Origin: Stegostoma tigrinum
Taxonomy: Eukaryota
Assembly: GCF_030684315.1 (NCBI RefSeq)
Contig: NC_081361.1
Location: forward strand, 14,807,861-14,871,860
Direction of reading: 5' to 3'
Length of the DNA: 64,000 nt
A program made the translations under genes and the position numbers. The notes below the pieces were generated by a model. The model was not told where the DNA came from. It did not search any database and saw only the letters and a list, made by a program, of their open reading frames with translations. How positions within the stretch are numbered: the first letter of the stretch is position 1; each line of letters begins with the position of its first letter. Of the stretch, positions 50,855 to 63,377 are shown in pieces.

Positions 50855-51160
50855 GGCACATTGGAAGTGGGCATCATTAGCTGGGCTAGCATTTATTGCC
50901 CATCACTAATTGCCCAGAGGGCAGTTAAGAGTCAACCACATTGCTGTGGCTCTGGAGTAAATATTGACCAGAGCAGGTGAGGGTGGCAGATTTGCTTCCC
51001 TGAAGGATATTACTGAGCGAGATGGCTTTTTCTGATTATCGACAACAAATTCCTGGTCATCATTAGACTTCCAGATATTTATTGAATTTAAATTCCACCA
51101 TCTGCTGTGCTGTGATTCGAACCCAGATCCCAAGTGTGTTATTCGTGCCTCTGGACTAAC
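50855..51160 (-). mobile_element. tRNA-derived SINE (family of 10195)
   Basis: Colinear with 10200-10500 (agagtcaaccacattgctgtgg; ttccaccatctgctgtg; ttcgaacccag). Confidence 0.75.
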
Positions 51161-51689
51161 ATCGACAGTAGTTCACTGATGTAGATCCCCTTCCATGCTA
51201 CATTATTTCCCTGTCCTTCTCATCATGTCAGGCTTCTGCTTGCTTCTTTCCTCTGGGCTGACGTTATCACCTCTCTCCTCTTTGGCTTGCTGTACAGTGT
51301 CTCTTGTTATGTTGCAACTGGTGTAAAGCCTCTCCTCTGCCATTATGAAGATTTCTAACATCTTCAATGTTCATGTTCATTGGTATGTTCAATGAAGCTA
51401 GCACTTGTCATCCAGGATCTAGTCCTTGTCTCCAGGCCTTGACAACAAACAAGTGCCACAATTATGAGCATCACATCATATGGATGTCAGGGCTGCTGAC
51501 TGGATAGTGAGTACAGACTTGTCTGAACAGCCTCCTGTATTCACAGTGTAGCTGAACAGTGAGGAAACAGAAGCCTTCTCTGTTAATAAACACAGCCGCG
51601 ACTGCAGATGGTGCCTTAAAGGCAACGTGGATGCCATTTTTCCCCACAATGAGCAAGTTAATAGTCAACAACTGCTATGAATCTCACTG

Positions 51690-52615
51690 CCCTATCCACT
51701 TAGCTAGCCCAGTCTGCCGAGGATACTATGAATGCTCCAGCTATCCCATACAAGCCACTTGTCACCTCCTTGATTCACACTGAGTGACTGCTTGAGTGAC
51801 AGTCCATGATTCACCCACAACCTCCTGGAAAGAGCCAGTCACATACGCCCACATCCCATGAACGAATAAAACAAAAAAATTTAAGAGCTGTAGTAACCTG
51901 GACAAATCAAGTCTTGGGTTATTTAGTAAGTTTGCACCACAGAAGAAATAGGCAATACCACATCCAATATGAGAGAATCTATCCATCACCCCACGACATT
52001 TAGTGGCATTGTCATCACTGAATACTCCATTATCAACATCTCGCGGATTACCACCGACTAATGTATAATACAATGGCTACAAGATTAGGTCAGAGGCTTG
52101 GAATTCTGCGCAAACAAATCACTTCCCTACTTTCCAAAGACTGCCCACCATCTACAAGACACAAGGAATGTGATGGATTACTCCATTTGTCCAGATGGGT
52201 ACAGTTTCAACGACGCTCAAGAAAATCAGCACCATCCAGGATCAAGAAGCCAACTTGATGGGCACCCAATCACAGGCTTAATCATTCCTTCCAACAACGA
52301 CTGGTGTGCAGTAGCAGTAGTGTGTACCATTGAGAAGATGCACTGCAGCAACTCACTATGGTTCCTTTGACATCACCTTCTAAACCTGCGCTCTGTCACC
52401 TGGATTTACAAGAGCTACAGATGCCCATGGCTTGCAAGTTACCTGCCAAGTGACAGACCATCTTGGCTTGGAACTACAGCAATGTTCCCTCACTGTTGCT
52501 GAATTGAAATCCTGGAATTCCCTTCCTAGCAGCGCTCCAGATGTACCTATGCTACACAGGCTACAACAGTTGAAGAAGGCAGGCTTAGCCAAGGATGCCA
52601 TATCCCATGAACATA
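51690..52615 (+). mobile_element. Degenerate LINE (family of 63378)
   Basis: NTMATRLGQRLGILR; IYKTQG..; ctggaattcccttcctagcagc; tail gttgaagaaggcag. Confidence 0.7.
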
Positions 52616-53364
52616 CACAAAAGCTATCAATGTCACGTTATCCCTGTGGATGCAGATTGTCCTGCATTTGTGTGCGGGTCTCTGTAATGGTCTCCCTGAC
52701 GTGGCATAGCCTCTTTAGGCCATTGTCTATTCAATACTTATCGATATGTCATTCTGATTCGGTCAAGGCATGGGAAACTTACGTCAGTTTCATTTTACCA
52801 GGAAGGCTGGTGAACCATGTTTGGATTGAATGCAAGTGACTGGCTTTTAATATTTAAGGTTCGCGCTGATAATTAGCACAGTAGCTGATTGGTTATCCTC
52901 TTGTGCTAACATTAGACATATGCCCCAGATTGGTAGAGCAAGGCATTTCGTAGCTTACCTCGAGTTAGACTTTACTCCTCAGTCTTCTCCTCAGAGTTTA
53001 ATGTTCTATCCAAAGATGATATGGAGACAACAACAACATATCAGTAGCCTTGGTGAATGTCCAATGTGTTTAATGGATACTCATTCTAAAGTGAAGCAAC
53101 ACTTTAAAAGTATCTTCATAACAATTCATGACCTTGAGGAATGAGTCTCCACAGTTGGAATTCTTCCTTTCTGGGCTGGATAGTTTTAATTGGATTGCAG
53201 GAACAGAAATGATAGGCAGGATCTTCCAATGCCCCCATGATATTAAGAATGGCAAGCGGATAAACATCGGCTAATAATGAACTTCCTACCATCAAGATAA
53301 AACATAATTTCCACACCCTGTTCCGTCAGATGGGAGCAGGTGGCAGGAAGCCTTTCAATGCAGT

Positions 53365-55035
53365 TGTGAACTTACTCACCGAGCTGGTGTGTTTGGTTGC
53401 AGATGTTTTTTCACCCTGCTAGATAATATTGTCAGTACACCTCTGGTGAGGCGTTGGTGTCCTGTCTTGCTTGTTATTTATTTGCCTCACTTAGCTGGGT
53501 GGGTGGTACTACTTCCGGTTTTGTTTCTCAGTGGTTTGTACATCGGGTCCAGTTCAAAGGGTTGGTTGATGGAGTTCCGGTTGAAATGTCAGGCTTCCAG
53601 GAATTCCCTGGCATGTCTTTGTTTAGCTTGTGCTATGATGGATGTGTTGTTCCAGTTGAAGTTGTGTCTACATGTTGGCGTGCCTGGTAGTGAGACAATG
53701 GGCCTGAAGGAGACCCCTGGCTTGTGTACCTTTTGGGGTCCACACCGCTGGACAAATCAGGAAGGCAGGATCCCCATGACATCAACAACGTCAACAAGAA
53801 CAGCACCCTGAAACTGCTGGACCTGTGCCTCAAAACCCACTTTACCTTCAATGACTGCATATTCAAACAAATCAATGGAACACCAATGGGATCCCCAATA
53901 TCAGGACTGATTGCAGTAGCGGTAATGCAAAGGTTAGAACATACAGCGTTCCCTACCATACAATCCAAACTCTGGGTCCACGATGGAGATGACACCTTTG
54001 TGATTATCAAACGCACAAGATTAGAAGAAACCAACCGATGCATAAATGACATCCTCACCGAAATAAAATTCACAAAAGAAGAAGAGAACAATAACTAACC
54101 ACCATTCCTAGGCATAATGGTAGAACATAAAAACTATGGGGAATTCCAGACTAGCAGCTATAGAACGACCACACATATGGGCCAGATACTGAATTACACC
54201 AGCAACCAGCTCAACACCCATAAACAGACTTGCATCAGGACATTATTCAAACTGATCACATCACACTGCAGCAATCCGGAATTGTGTAAAGCAGAACATG
54301 TGCACTTAGATGGAGTTTCTAAAAGGACTGGATACCCAAAAAGCACAATCTGCCATTACCTCCACGACTGACTGCAACAAGAAGACACAACACGGCCAGA
54401 TATGCTGGTCACCCTTCCGTACATCAGGGACATATCAGAGATGACCACAAGACTACTCAGAGCCCTGGGTATCAATGTAGCCCACAAGTCAACAGCTACC
54501 TGCAACAGCTACTAACAAACATAAAGATCCCATACCCACAACCAGTAAAATGAAAGCAATATTTAAAATACCATGCAAGGACTGTGAGAAACATACTGGA
54601 GGAAAATTGACAATGAGAGTGCACAAACACCAACTAGCCACCAAGAGACATGACCAGTTCTCACTAGTCTCAATATGCATCTACAAAGAAGGAAGCAAAT
54701 TCATCTGGGACAATCCATCCACAAGAGCATAAGCCAAACAGAGACATGCCATGGAATTGTGAAGGCCTGGCATTCCAACCAGAAATCCATTAACAAACAC
54801 ATTGAACTGTACCCCATATATAAACCATCGAAAAACAGGAGTGGAAGTGATGCCAACCACCCCAGCAAACCAAGGCATATAAATAACAAAATGGGACAGA
54901 ACACCAATGCTTCACCAGAGGCACACTGACCATGTTACCTAGCAGGGTGACGAACCATCTGCAATCAAACACACCAGTTCAGCGAGCAATGCTTCAACCT
55001 CATCCACAACCTGAGCTATAGTTCTTCTCAAAAAC
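53365..55035 (+). mobile_element. Penelope-like element (Penelope/Poseidon-type), 5'-truncated, with inverted 3' duplicate
   Basis: RT and GIY-YIG remnants at 53724-54860. 53365-53680 is a diverged inverted copy of ~54690-55000. Confidence 0.88.
53724..54860 (+). pseudogene. PLE reverse transcriptase / GIY-YIG endonuclease, disrupted
   Basis: LLDLCLKTHFTFND..KQINGTPMGSPISG..LWVHDGDDTF (decayed YVDD)..IKFTKEEE; LNYTSN..HKQTCIRTLF; IFKIPCKDCEKH..TG..L..RVHKH. Stops and frameshifts are present. Confidence 0.9.
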
Positions 55036-55099
55036 TTTAAACCTTTCAATGCGTACTGGCTGCTTATTAATAGCACAGTTCACAGGATTATTTTTTTCT

Positions 55100-55535
55100 A
55101 TTTATTTGTGGGATGCGGGCATCACTGGCTGGCCAGCATTTCTTGCCCATCCCTAGTTACCCTTGAGAAGGTGATGGTGAGCTGCCTTCTTGAACTGCTG
55201 CAGTCCTCCTGCTGTGGGTTAACCCACAATGCCATTAGGGGGGGAATTCCAAATTTTGACCCAGTGACAATTAAGGAATGGTGTTATATTTCCAAGTCAG
55301 GATGTTGAGTGGCTTGGAGGGCAACTTGGAGGTGATGGTATTCCCATGTGTCTGCTGCCCTTGTCCTTCTAGATGCAAGTGGTCATGCGTTTGGAAGGTG
55401 CTGTCTGAGGATCTTTGGTGAATTTCTGCAGCGCATCTTGTAGATAGTACGTACAGCTGCTGCCACTGAGCATTAGTGGTGGAGGGAGTGGATGCTTGTG
55501 GTTGTAGGGCCAATCAAGCGGGCTGCTTTGTCCAC
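55100..55535 (-). mobile_element. LINE 3' end (family of 63378)
   Basis: Well-preserved tail gggcatcactggctggccagcatttcttgcccatccctagttacccttgagaaggtgatggtgagctgccttcttgaac. Confidence 0.8.
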
Positions 55536-56999
55536 TTCTCAATTGAAATCTTTTGATCGAGAATCTCGACACTTTAGGCACTGACAACAAAATGCACTTC
55601 TTCATCACACCAGAGGAGGCACCTCAAGCCAGTCGGTCTGAGAGCTGGGATGCAGTCAATTTGGGAGCCGGGCCCCAGATAGTCTCTTGGGGCAGTGCTG
55701 GTTAAGCCAACATTTATTGGCCATCAAGAGTTTCTTTCAGAAGATGCTGGCAAATGTCCTTCTTGATCTGCCACAGGTCATGGGTTGTTGGTAGACTCTT
55801 AATGCTATAAGGGAGAAAATTCCACGATTATGAACCAGCAACAGTGAGGAGCAAATGACCGAACAACCCGGTGTGACTTGGAATATTTCATGCAGTACAC
55901 ACATTAAACACACAGTCATGTCCAGCCCATTATCTCATGTATCGAGTGTAACAAATGAAGCATTTACCAGGTCCAAAAGACACCTGCCAAATTGTTGTAT
56001 CAAGGGCAAACCCTGAAACAAAAGCATCTTGCAGTATAGCACTGGCACACTAACCGATAAAACAGTTCCCTGTCAAATATTAAATTGTGTCAACAGCGTT
56101 GACTTACATTGTGTTATTGGCTTTTAATATATATGTATATTAACGTGGTGCCTGGAGTTTTTTAAAGTCAGATTTGTTTCTGCAACATACTTCACAGTTA
56201 TGCAGGGAATGTACTCTTCCTCAAGTCTGAGAGGATGCCAAACAAACATACTGGCCCAAGTGTGATGTATTGCTGATTTATTGTTTCGACTTGGATGATT
56301 AGCAACATTGAGATTTCAAAGTGGTGCCATCTGTTTTGAGAACTGCTTCACAACCAGTCCTGTTAGAACCATTGCCTTTGCCATTGCCTATCTTGATATG
56401 AAATTGGTAGTAGATTTTCAGTGCATTTTGAACAGTTGCCTTTATCCACATAATTGCTCCTGACAAGGTGTAACAATGGATTCTCTCTCCACCTTGCTTC
56501 GTTACATACATCAATCACACTGACTACCGTGTAATTTAAAAAATATTAAAGTGTATTAAATAACACTCAAATTTATCAAAGATAATCATATTAAATACCT
56601 CAGATTGAACATGATATTAAGAGTAAAATTGCCTTGGTGGCCTATTCAAAAATCATATTAATTTCATATGCAAATACAGCAATTCCTTTTTAATGACTTA
56701 ACCGACTAAAAGGATAATAGTGCATTGACTCAATTCCCATCTGATAAAACATTAGTCAGATTATTTTCAAAATAAAAGCTCTTCTTTCTGCGCGTTATAA
56801 TATGTGTGCAGAACAGTGCATTCCATGCCACAGTACCTGTAAATACTTGCAAACCAAAATAAATCACATAAAAAGGAATCTCTATTCGAATTAGATAACC
56901 TCTTCCTGTCTGTTTCTTCTTGGATTATGCCTTGTGTCAAGGGATGACTTGTTTCTATTGCTGTGCAATGGTCTCTGAAATGGCTGATGATCGAATGTG

Positions 57000-58240
57000 C
57001 TATCTGCAGACTCTGCCCCATGTGGGGCTGGTGTTGCTTACTGAATCAGTTAGGTTGGGTTGTTTGGAGGCTTTTTTACTCTCTCTCCATCACCCCAACT
57101 TCACCCCTGCACATCCCTGTCAAAACCTCTTAGCTTTCGGTGCATTCCTGAATAAACGTTCTCCCGTTTTGGTCAGTCGCCATAAGTCTCCTGAGATGTG
57201 TGAACTTGAGCATGTTTCTGAAGCATTTCAGAGAAGGTAGATTGGAATGATTAATGCCTCAACGCTGGACATGTTGGTTTGTGGTGTTTTGAGATGTTGG
57301 TTGCAAAGGCTGGGAATGCAGAGATCACTGTTGCTGCATGAATTATAACGATAATCTCAGAGTTGAGAAGCTGCAACTTAAATTCACTGTAATGCAGTAA
57401 GTACTGGGCTGCCACGTCAGCAGCAGTAAGGAATAATGGCCCCTATGGCCACCTTCATCTAGAGATGGCTGTAATGCATGGAAAATGGTCTAATTTAATC
57501 ACTGGCGACACAAAGAGGTGTCTTGCTGGGAAAGCTGCTTGGGGGAGGAGTTTTGCTCTTCAGATGTTTGTAGCAAAAGGTCCATTTTCTCAAGTGCTTT
57601 CTGAATGACTGCAGGCCCAAGTGACAGACAGAGGTTCAGAGATTGAAGCTGGAGTGATTTCAGTCTCAATTTGAAAGTCAAATAGGTTGAACACCTAGGT
57701 CCAGGAGGAGGTTAAGGACTAGGCTTGTCAACAACCTTGAAAATGTATCCAAAGAAAACTGGATGGACTTATTTGGGTCATGCTCTGTAAAGATACCCAT
57801 TTCCTCTTCTCAGAGTTATAAATCTTAAGCATCGTTTGACTGACAAAAATTGGAGGGAGTTGTGTCTCTGTGCAGTCTTGCTCTTCAGCATGTTGACACG
57901 CTAGTTGCATCAAGTCTTCACTTGGTAGTCCTTTTCAGTCGGATGCAAATATTTGCAATGTGTCAGCTTCGTTAATTTCAATCTTCTAACCTCCCTTGCT
58001 ATTGTGATGTCATGTTGAACATCAGGGACATTGTCATGAGATTGAGAGATTCTCCATGGTTATTGTTACACTTGGGCCACGATTTCCACCATACGTCATT
58101 CAAACATGGTAATGTGACTCTGTCTCATGAATTAGTGATATCGTCAATGCCCTTGAGGGTGCTGGAAACACACCAATTTTCTGACTGATCGTACATTCTC
58201 ACCATCTTCATGAATTTTGCTTTCAATAGCACATTGAGAA
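57000..58240 (-). mobile_element. Possible ancient RTE LINE remnant
   Basis: Only faint motifs: AKFMKMVRMY, IFASD..SEDLMQL, TNMSSVEALI. Confidence 0.3.
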
Positions 58241-58449
58241 GTTTAATCCTCATGTTGATCTTTATAGGGAGGAAATCTCCCTACTTGTCAGCCTGCAAAG
58301 TGTATTTTATTAGTTGCAATCCATGTATTCTTGTATTGTGAAACAGAGAGTACAGCAAGTTATGTTTATGTTTCAATTTTGTTTGATAAGTGGCAATTAG
58401 CATTTATGTAAAACAACATCAGGTAATGAACATTTTCAACAGGAGCGAA

Positions 58450-59245
58450 TCTAAAACGACTCGCCTTGACATTTAGCAACATTAGCATTGCTAAATCACG
58501 AGATGCCAAACCAGAGGATTACAACTGATCAGAAACTGAACTGGACTAGGTGCAAGAAAAAGGCTGGATCAGGTCAGAAGCTGGGAATTCCATGGTGAAT
58601 GAATCACTTCCTGTTCTGCCAAAGCCTATCCACCATGTGCAAAATAGAAGCCCAGAATGTGATGGAATGCTCCCCATTTGCCCTCATGAATGTAGTCCCA
58701 ACAACATTCAAAAAGCTTGAAAGCATCCAGCTCAAAGAAGCCTGCTTGATTGGCACCCCATCCATTTCTTCTAACATTCACTCCCTTCACCATCAATACA
58801 CAGTGGCAGTAGCGTACACTCTCTACACAATGCACTGCAGTAACTCATCAAGGCTCCTCCAACATTGGCATCCTTTGTTTTGAACCATCAGTACACCATG
58901 GCAACAGCATTTACCTGCTACAAGAGGCACTGCAGCAACCCATCCGGCCTCCTTTGACAGTGCTTTCGAACCCACAACTTCTACCAGCTGGAAGGGCAAG
59001 GGGAGACGTCACATGGGAAGGTTACCTTCTAAGCTGTAACCATCCCAACTTGAGACTATGTCATTCTTCCTTCCCCGCTGCAGGTTGAAAATCCTGGAAT
59101 TCCATCCCAAAGATGATTGTGGGAGTACCTATATCCCGAGCCTGCAGCAGTCCAAGAGGCAGTTCATCGCCACCTTCTCAAGGGCAACTAGAAGGTTGGG
59201 CAATAAATGCTGTCCTGGCCAACGACATTTACGTCTCAAGCAAAT
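58450..59245 (+). mobile_element. Degenerate LINE 3' region (family of 63378)
   Basis: QSLSTMCK..NVMECSPFALM..PTTFKKLESIQLKEACLIGTP..NIHSLHH; tail caccttctcaagggcaactag..gggcaataaatgctg. Confidence 0.8.
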
Positions 59246-61019
59246 ATTAAAAGGAAGCTTCCCTGATGCTTGGCAGAACTTGTGCAGTAAATGGTTGAGC
59301 TGTGCAAACCAGTGAAATGATAGTTTTAAATGCAAGCCTGCAATAAATTGGCAAATCTTAAACATGTTCTGGGGGACAGTGTTACTTGGCTTAACCCCTC
59401 CAATGCCAGGAAAGAGAAATTGATCACAACTCTTACTCCTGATTGCTGTGTTGGCATTCCTGCTGATAAAAAAACTGAGAATTTGTTCATGTTGGCGAAA
59501 ACCAGATCAACTCTAATTTAACCCATGACTGTGGAACAGCCAGTTAACACCAGCAGTCGCACGAATAATGATGCTAGCTGAGGTTAAACAGGGTGTGTGA
59601 CACTCACATAAAACATTAGTGGCTTTAGGACAGGATAAGATAATAGAAAAGTCGAATAGGTAAAGATGTTGTATGGAATTAACCATTTTAAAATGCATAT
59701 GTTAAAAATACAGTTCGAATGGTGGATATAATCATGGAAATACAAACCTGGACCATTTGAAAATGTAAGAATATCGCAGACAAATGGAAAACAAATGACT
59801 CTTTTGAACAAATAATCACTGATCTAAAGGAGTGCCTGGAGAAACTACAAAAACTTTCAATTTTCTGAGAACCGCGTCATGAGGGATGCATATAAATGCA
59901 TTGCACTTTCCATATTCTATTTGTACAACATGCTCAGAATAACAGTTGAAGAAAATATGAATCAAAGAGGATTCCTTAGCAGCATGTACACCTAAATGTC
60001 CAAAGTGTTTCAGGAAGGCATCTCACCAGCATCTTCTCACAGGCTGTTAGGAATATGCAACCAATGCTGGTCCCATCAGCAATGCCTACTTCCCATTTTT
60101 TAAAAATGTACAATCAATTTCCAAGAAGTTGTTATTTATTTTTATAAATTGGTAGGTTAAGACTTGATGGTAGTGACATTTATTATAAGTGTGCTAATAT
60201 ATATTTTAATTCATAATATTCCACTGTGACCAATTAGCAAATCTAGGGTTTGGAATTAATTGGCCTGAAACTCTCCCCAGTTTTCACATTCATTGAGTTT
60301 CTAATTAGGATTTTCAACACTGAGCTGAGATAGACCATCAAGAAATGTAGTATTCCTTTGCCAAACAATCAATTACCATAAATTTTTGTGCAAATGTCGT
60401 AGTCTAAATATAAATCATTTACTTGCTCTTGAGTGCATTATGTAAATTGCACCACTGAATAGCGCATAATCATTTGAAGGATATCAGAGATTTTAAGTAC
60501 TGTGTAATACCTCAAATTGCTCAGTCAGCGTGTTGCTCTGACAACTTGGGAGTTCTTTTCGTTTTTTAAAAACCTTGAGTATCATCCACCCTTACTCCCA
60601 TTGTTAATATTCTTGACAATTAAAATGCAGCTCGCAATAATTCTTAATGAACTCCAAGCCAATTTCCAGTGATGGCTTTGGAGGTGACTTGTCTCATGAT
60701 ATTTAAAGGGGCTGCAGTATATCCAAAGCTGTCTTACTCCAAAGTAATGTCACAAAACTTGCATCATAAAAGCACATCTCAGCACATGGTTTAACTAACC
60801 ATTAAGTGATAATGGGCAGTCCTTTGATCTGAAATACATAAATAACAATGTTCTGCTTTAGGTAACACAGATTCCTCAAGACAGACCTTTAGGGATGTAA
60901 GAAGATGGTTTTCAGTGATTAGGACCTCAATCTTAGGTGTGTAGTCTTGGGAGAAGAAGATACTGTCGGCCTATCTTTCTTGCTGTCACATTTGGAAGAA
61001 CTTGTAAGGTCACCAGTGG

Positions 61020-61479
61020 TGGTATTTGTCCAGTGCTTTGATGTCGATCAGGTCTCCAAAGTTTATAGATGTGCCCACAGCAGTCAATGAGCTTCAGTGT
61101 GCAGATGATTCTGATGTGTGCACTCACTCAGAAATGGAGATCCAGGTCAATGTCAGCTTCTTCTCCATTACATTATCAGAAAATTGCCCTTTCCTGAACA
61201 CCCAGAAAATTTGAGTCCTCTACTAAACAGCGCACAGTAGCGCAACACTTGCCTCTGACAAAGAAGATCAACAGTGAGAACCTGGAAAATATGGACCATT
61301 TTTGCCAGCTTTGGAGTCTCTCTCAATGAAGGTAAATGTACGTGAGAAATTTCATCATCATCTCCAATGTACAGTACAGGCTATGACTGACCGAGGTAGT
61401 GCATTTGAGGACCAATACTCAAAGAGAAAGAATTTGTTTTACTGGTGGTGGCAGTGTTACTTGGCAGCCAGCACCAGAC
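61020..61479 (+). mobile_element. RTE (BovB-like) RT remnant
   Basis: VNELQCADDSDVCTHSEMEIQ (ELQYADD..AHSEEELQ), LNTQKI, ENLENMDHF. Confidence 0.65.
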
Positions 61480-61494
61480 TCACACGCAGAGAAT

Positions 61495-61797
61495 AAAATG
61501 TGAGGCTGGATGAACACAGCAGGCCCAGCAGCATCTCAGGAGCACAAAAGCTGACGTTTCGGGCCTAGACCCTTCATCAGAGAAGGGGATGGGGTGAGGG
61601 TTCTGGAATAAATAGGGAGAGAGGGGGAGGCGGACCGAAGATGGAGAGAAAAGAAGATAGGTGGAGAGGAGAGTATAAGTGGGGAGGTAGGGAGGGGATA
61701 GGTCAGTCCTGGGAAGACGGACAGGTCAAGGAGGTGGGATGCAGCCTCACATTTTATTATCTTGGATTCTCCAGCATCTGCAGTTCCAATTATCACA
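61495..61797. mobile_element. PLE-derived element with short inverted end and TSD
   Basis: A 15-bp duplication tcacac(g/t)cagagaat at 61480-61494 and 61798-61812; purine-rich body. Confidence 0.85.
61553..61580 (-). ncRNA. Minimal hammerhead ribozyme-like motif
   Basis: CTGATGA-A-GGGT(CTAG)GCCC-GAAA-CG-TC, identical to 21078-21105; only a 2-bp local helix I. Confidence 0.5.
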
Positions 61798-63377
61798 TCA
61801 CACTCAGAGAATCCCATTTTCTCTTTGTTTCATAAGTGCAGCCAGTTCTTCAGCAAGAATTTATTAAACATAGGATGACTTGACATTAATGGGTCAACAG
61901 ACTAGTACAAAGGCAGCTTGTAAACTGACAATCATCAAAGTTGTTTCAGAAATAGTAGGAATCTAGGCCCAAACCGTCAGCTTTCCTGCTCCTCTGATGC
62001 TGCCTAGCCTGATGTGTTCATCCAGCTCCACGCCTAATCACCAAAATTGACCAGGTTTAGTATCTCGGGAATTTTTAAGATTATTCTGAGACACAGCACA
62101 ATTGGTTAACAGCGTGCAGATATTAACTTAAGAAATAGCTGGTGCAAATAGACCGAGTAATGTGTTTGCTACCCACAGCAAAATAAACAATTGAAAAAGT
62201 ATTGGAGTCATAAAGGGTTATGATTCTGAAAGATTTTGTTTCACCTAGAGGTGTTCAGATCAGACTCTTAATTTTAGAGTATAAGAGGAAAGGTAAGGAC
62301 TCGTTATTTTCATGAGATAAGATGAAGTTTGTTCCCTTTTGTACCTTATAAAATGAAGGACCAGGACTAGGGAGTGATAAATCATTTTTTTTCCAATTTT
62401 CACCAACTATTATCAACAAAAATCTCTGGTCGGGTAGAGCGCAAGCAGTTGTTGACTACATCTGCCTGAAGTCATTCATCTAATGTCCCCCTTTCCCACA
62501 ACATTGACCTGTATCATGCCAGAGCCTTAGAACATATTTTGTGCTGATTGGACATAGTTTTATTTTACGGGTCAGTGGTGTTGGGCATTGTGTTCGGGAT
62601 GCTTGTAATCACATCACAGAATACTTGCTACTAGCAAATAGAGAACACAATGCTGGGAGATGGGAGGAGAATAACAGTTGTTTTAGCTGGATTTCAAAAT
62701 AAATCCCAGGAATAGGACCACAACATTGCTCATCCAAGACCCTGGTCTCCAGTTTTGACTCCAAGCTTTCAGAAACTTACCAGCAAAGCGCTATGCTCAA
62801 TTCAAGGTAAATTAATTACCTGTCTGTGTGACAAGTAAACTTGCAAACCTTCTGTTGACACATTTTGCTGGTTCTCGATCAATGTTTGGGATGTAACAGA
62901 TGATGACTAAAGCAGGCTCCTGGTGTTTAATAAAGAATAGCATTAATAATGATCCAAGTGGCAAGATTCAGCCCAGACATTCATCAGTCTAATGCTAGAT
63001 GACAGCAGTGATAATGACAAAGCTAATATGCTTAAAACTGGGACAAATCTACAAAATCTCAACGCTCCTTGCCAGATGGCATCATTACTATAATTAAAGT
63101 CGTTAAACACTTCTTTTTTGGAGTTTAGGGAGATATTTGTAACAGGAAACTGTTCACTGATTTCAGAAGAGTTAAACATGTCATCAATTCAGACTAGACA
63201 AGCATTATCCTTCTAGCAGGTAGTATAGACATAATCAAGGTATTAGAATAATTATGAGAGGTTATTGAACGATATAAGCTTGGAAGTAAGGTATGAAACC
63301 TTTCTGTTCCACATTGGCAAATGAGTAGTCACCTACGCTAATTCTACGTCCCTGCCTTTAGGCTTTTTTTTTTCCTC

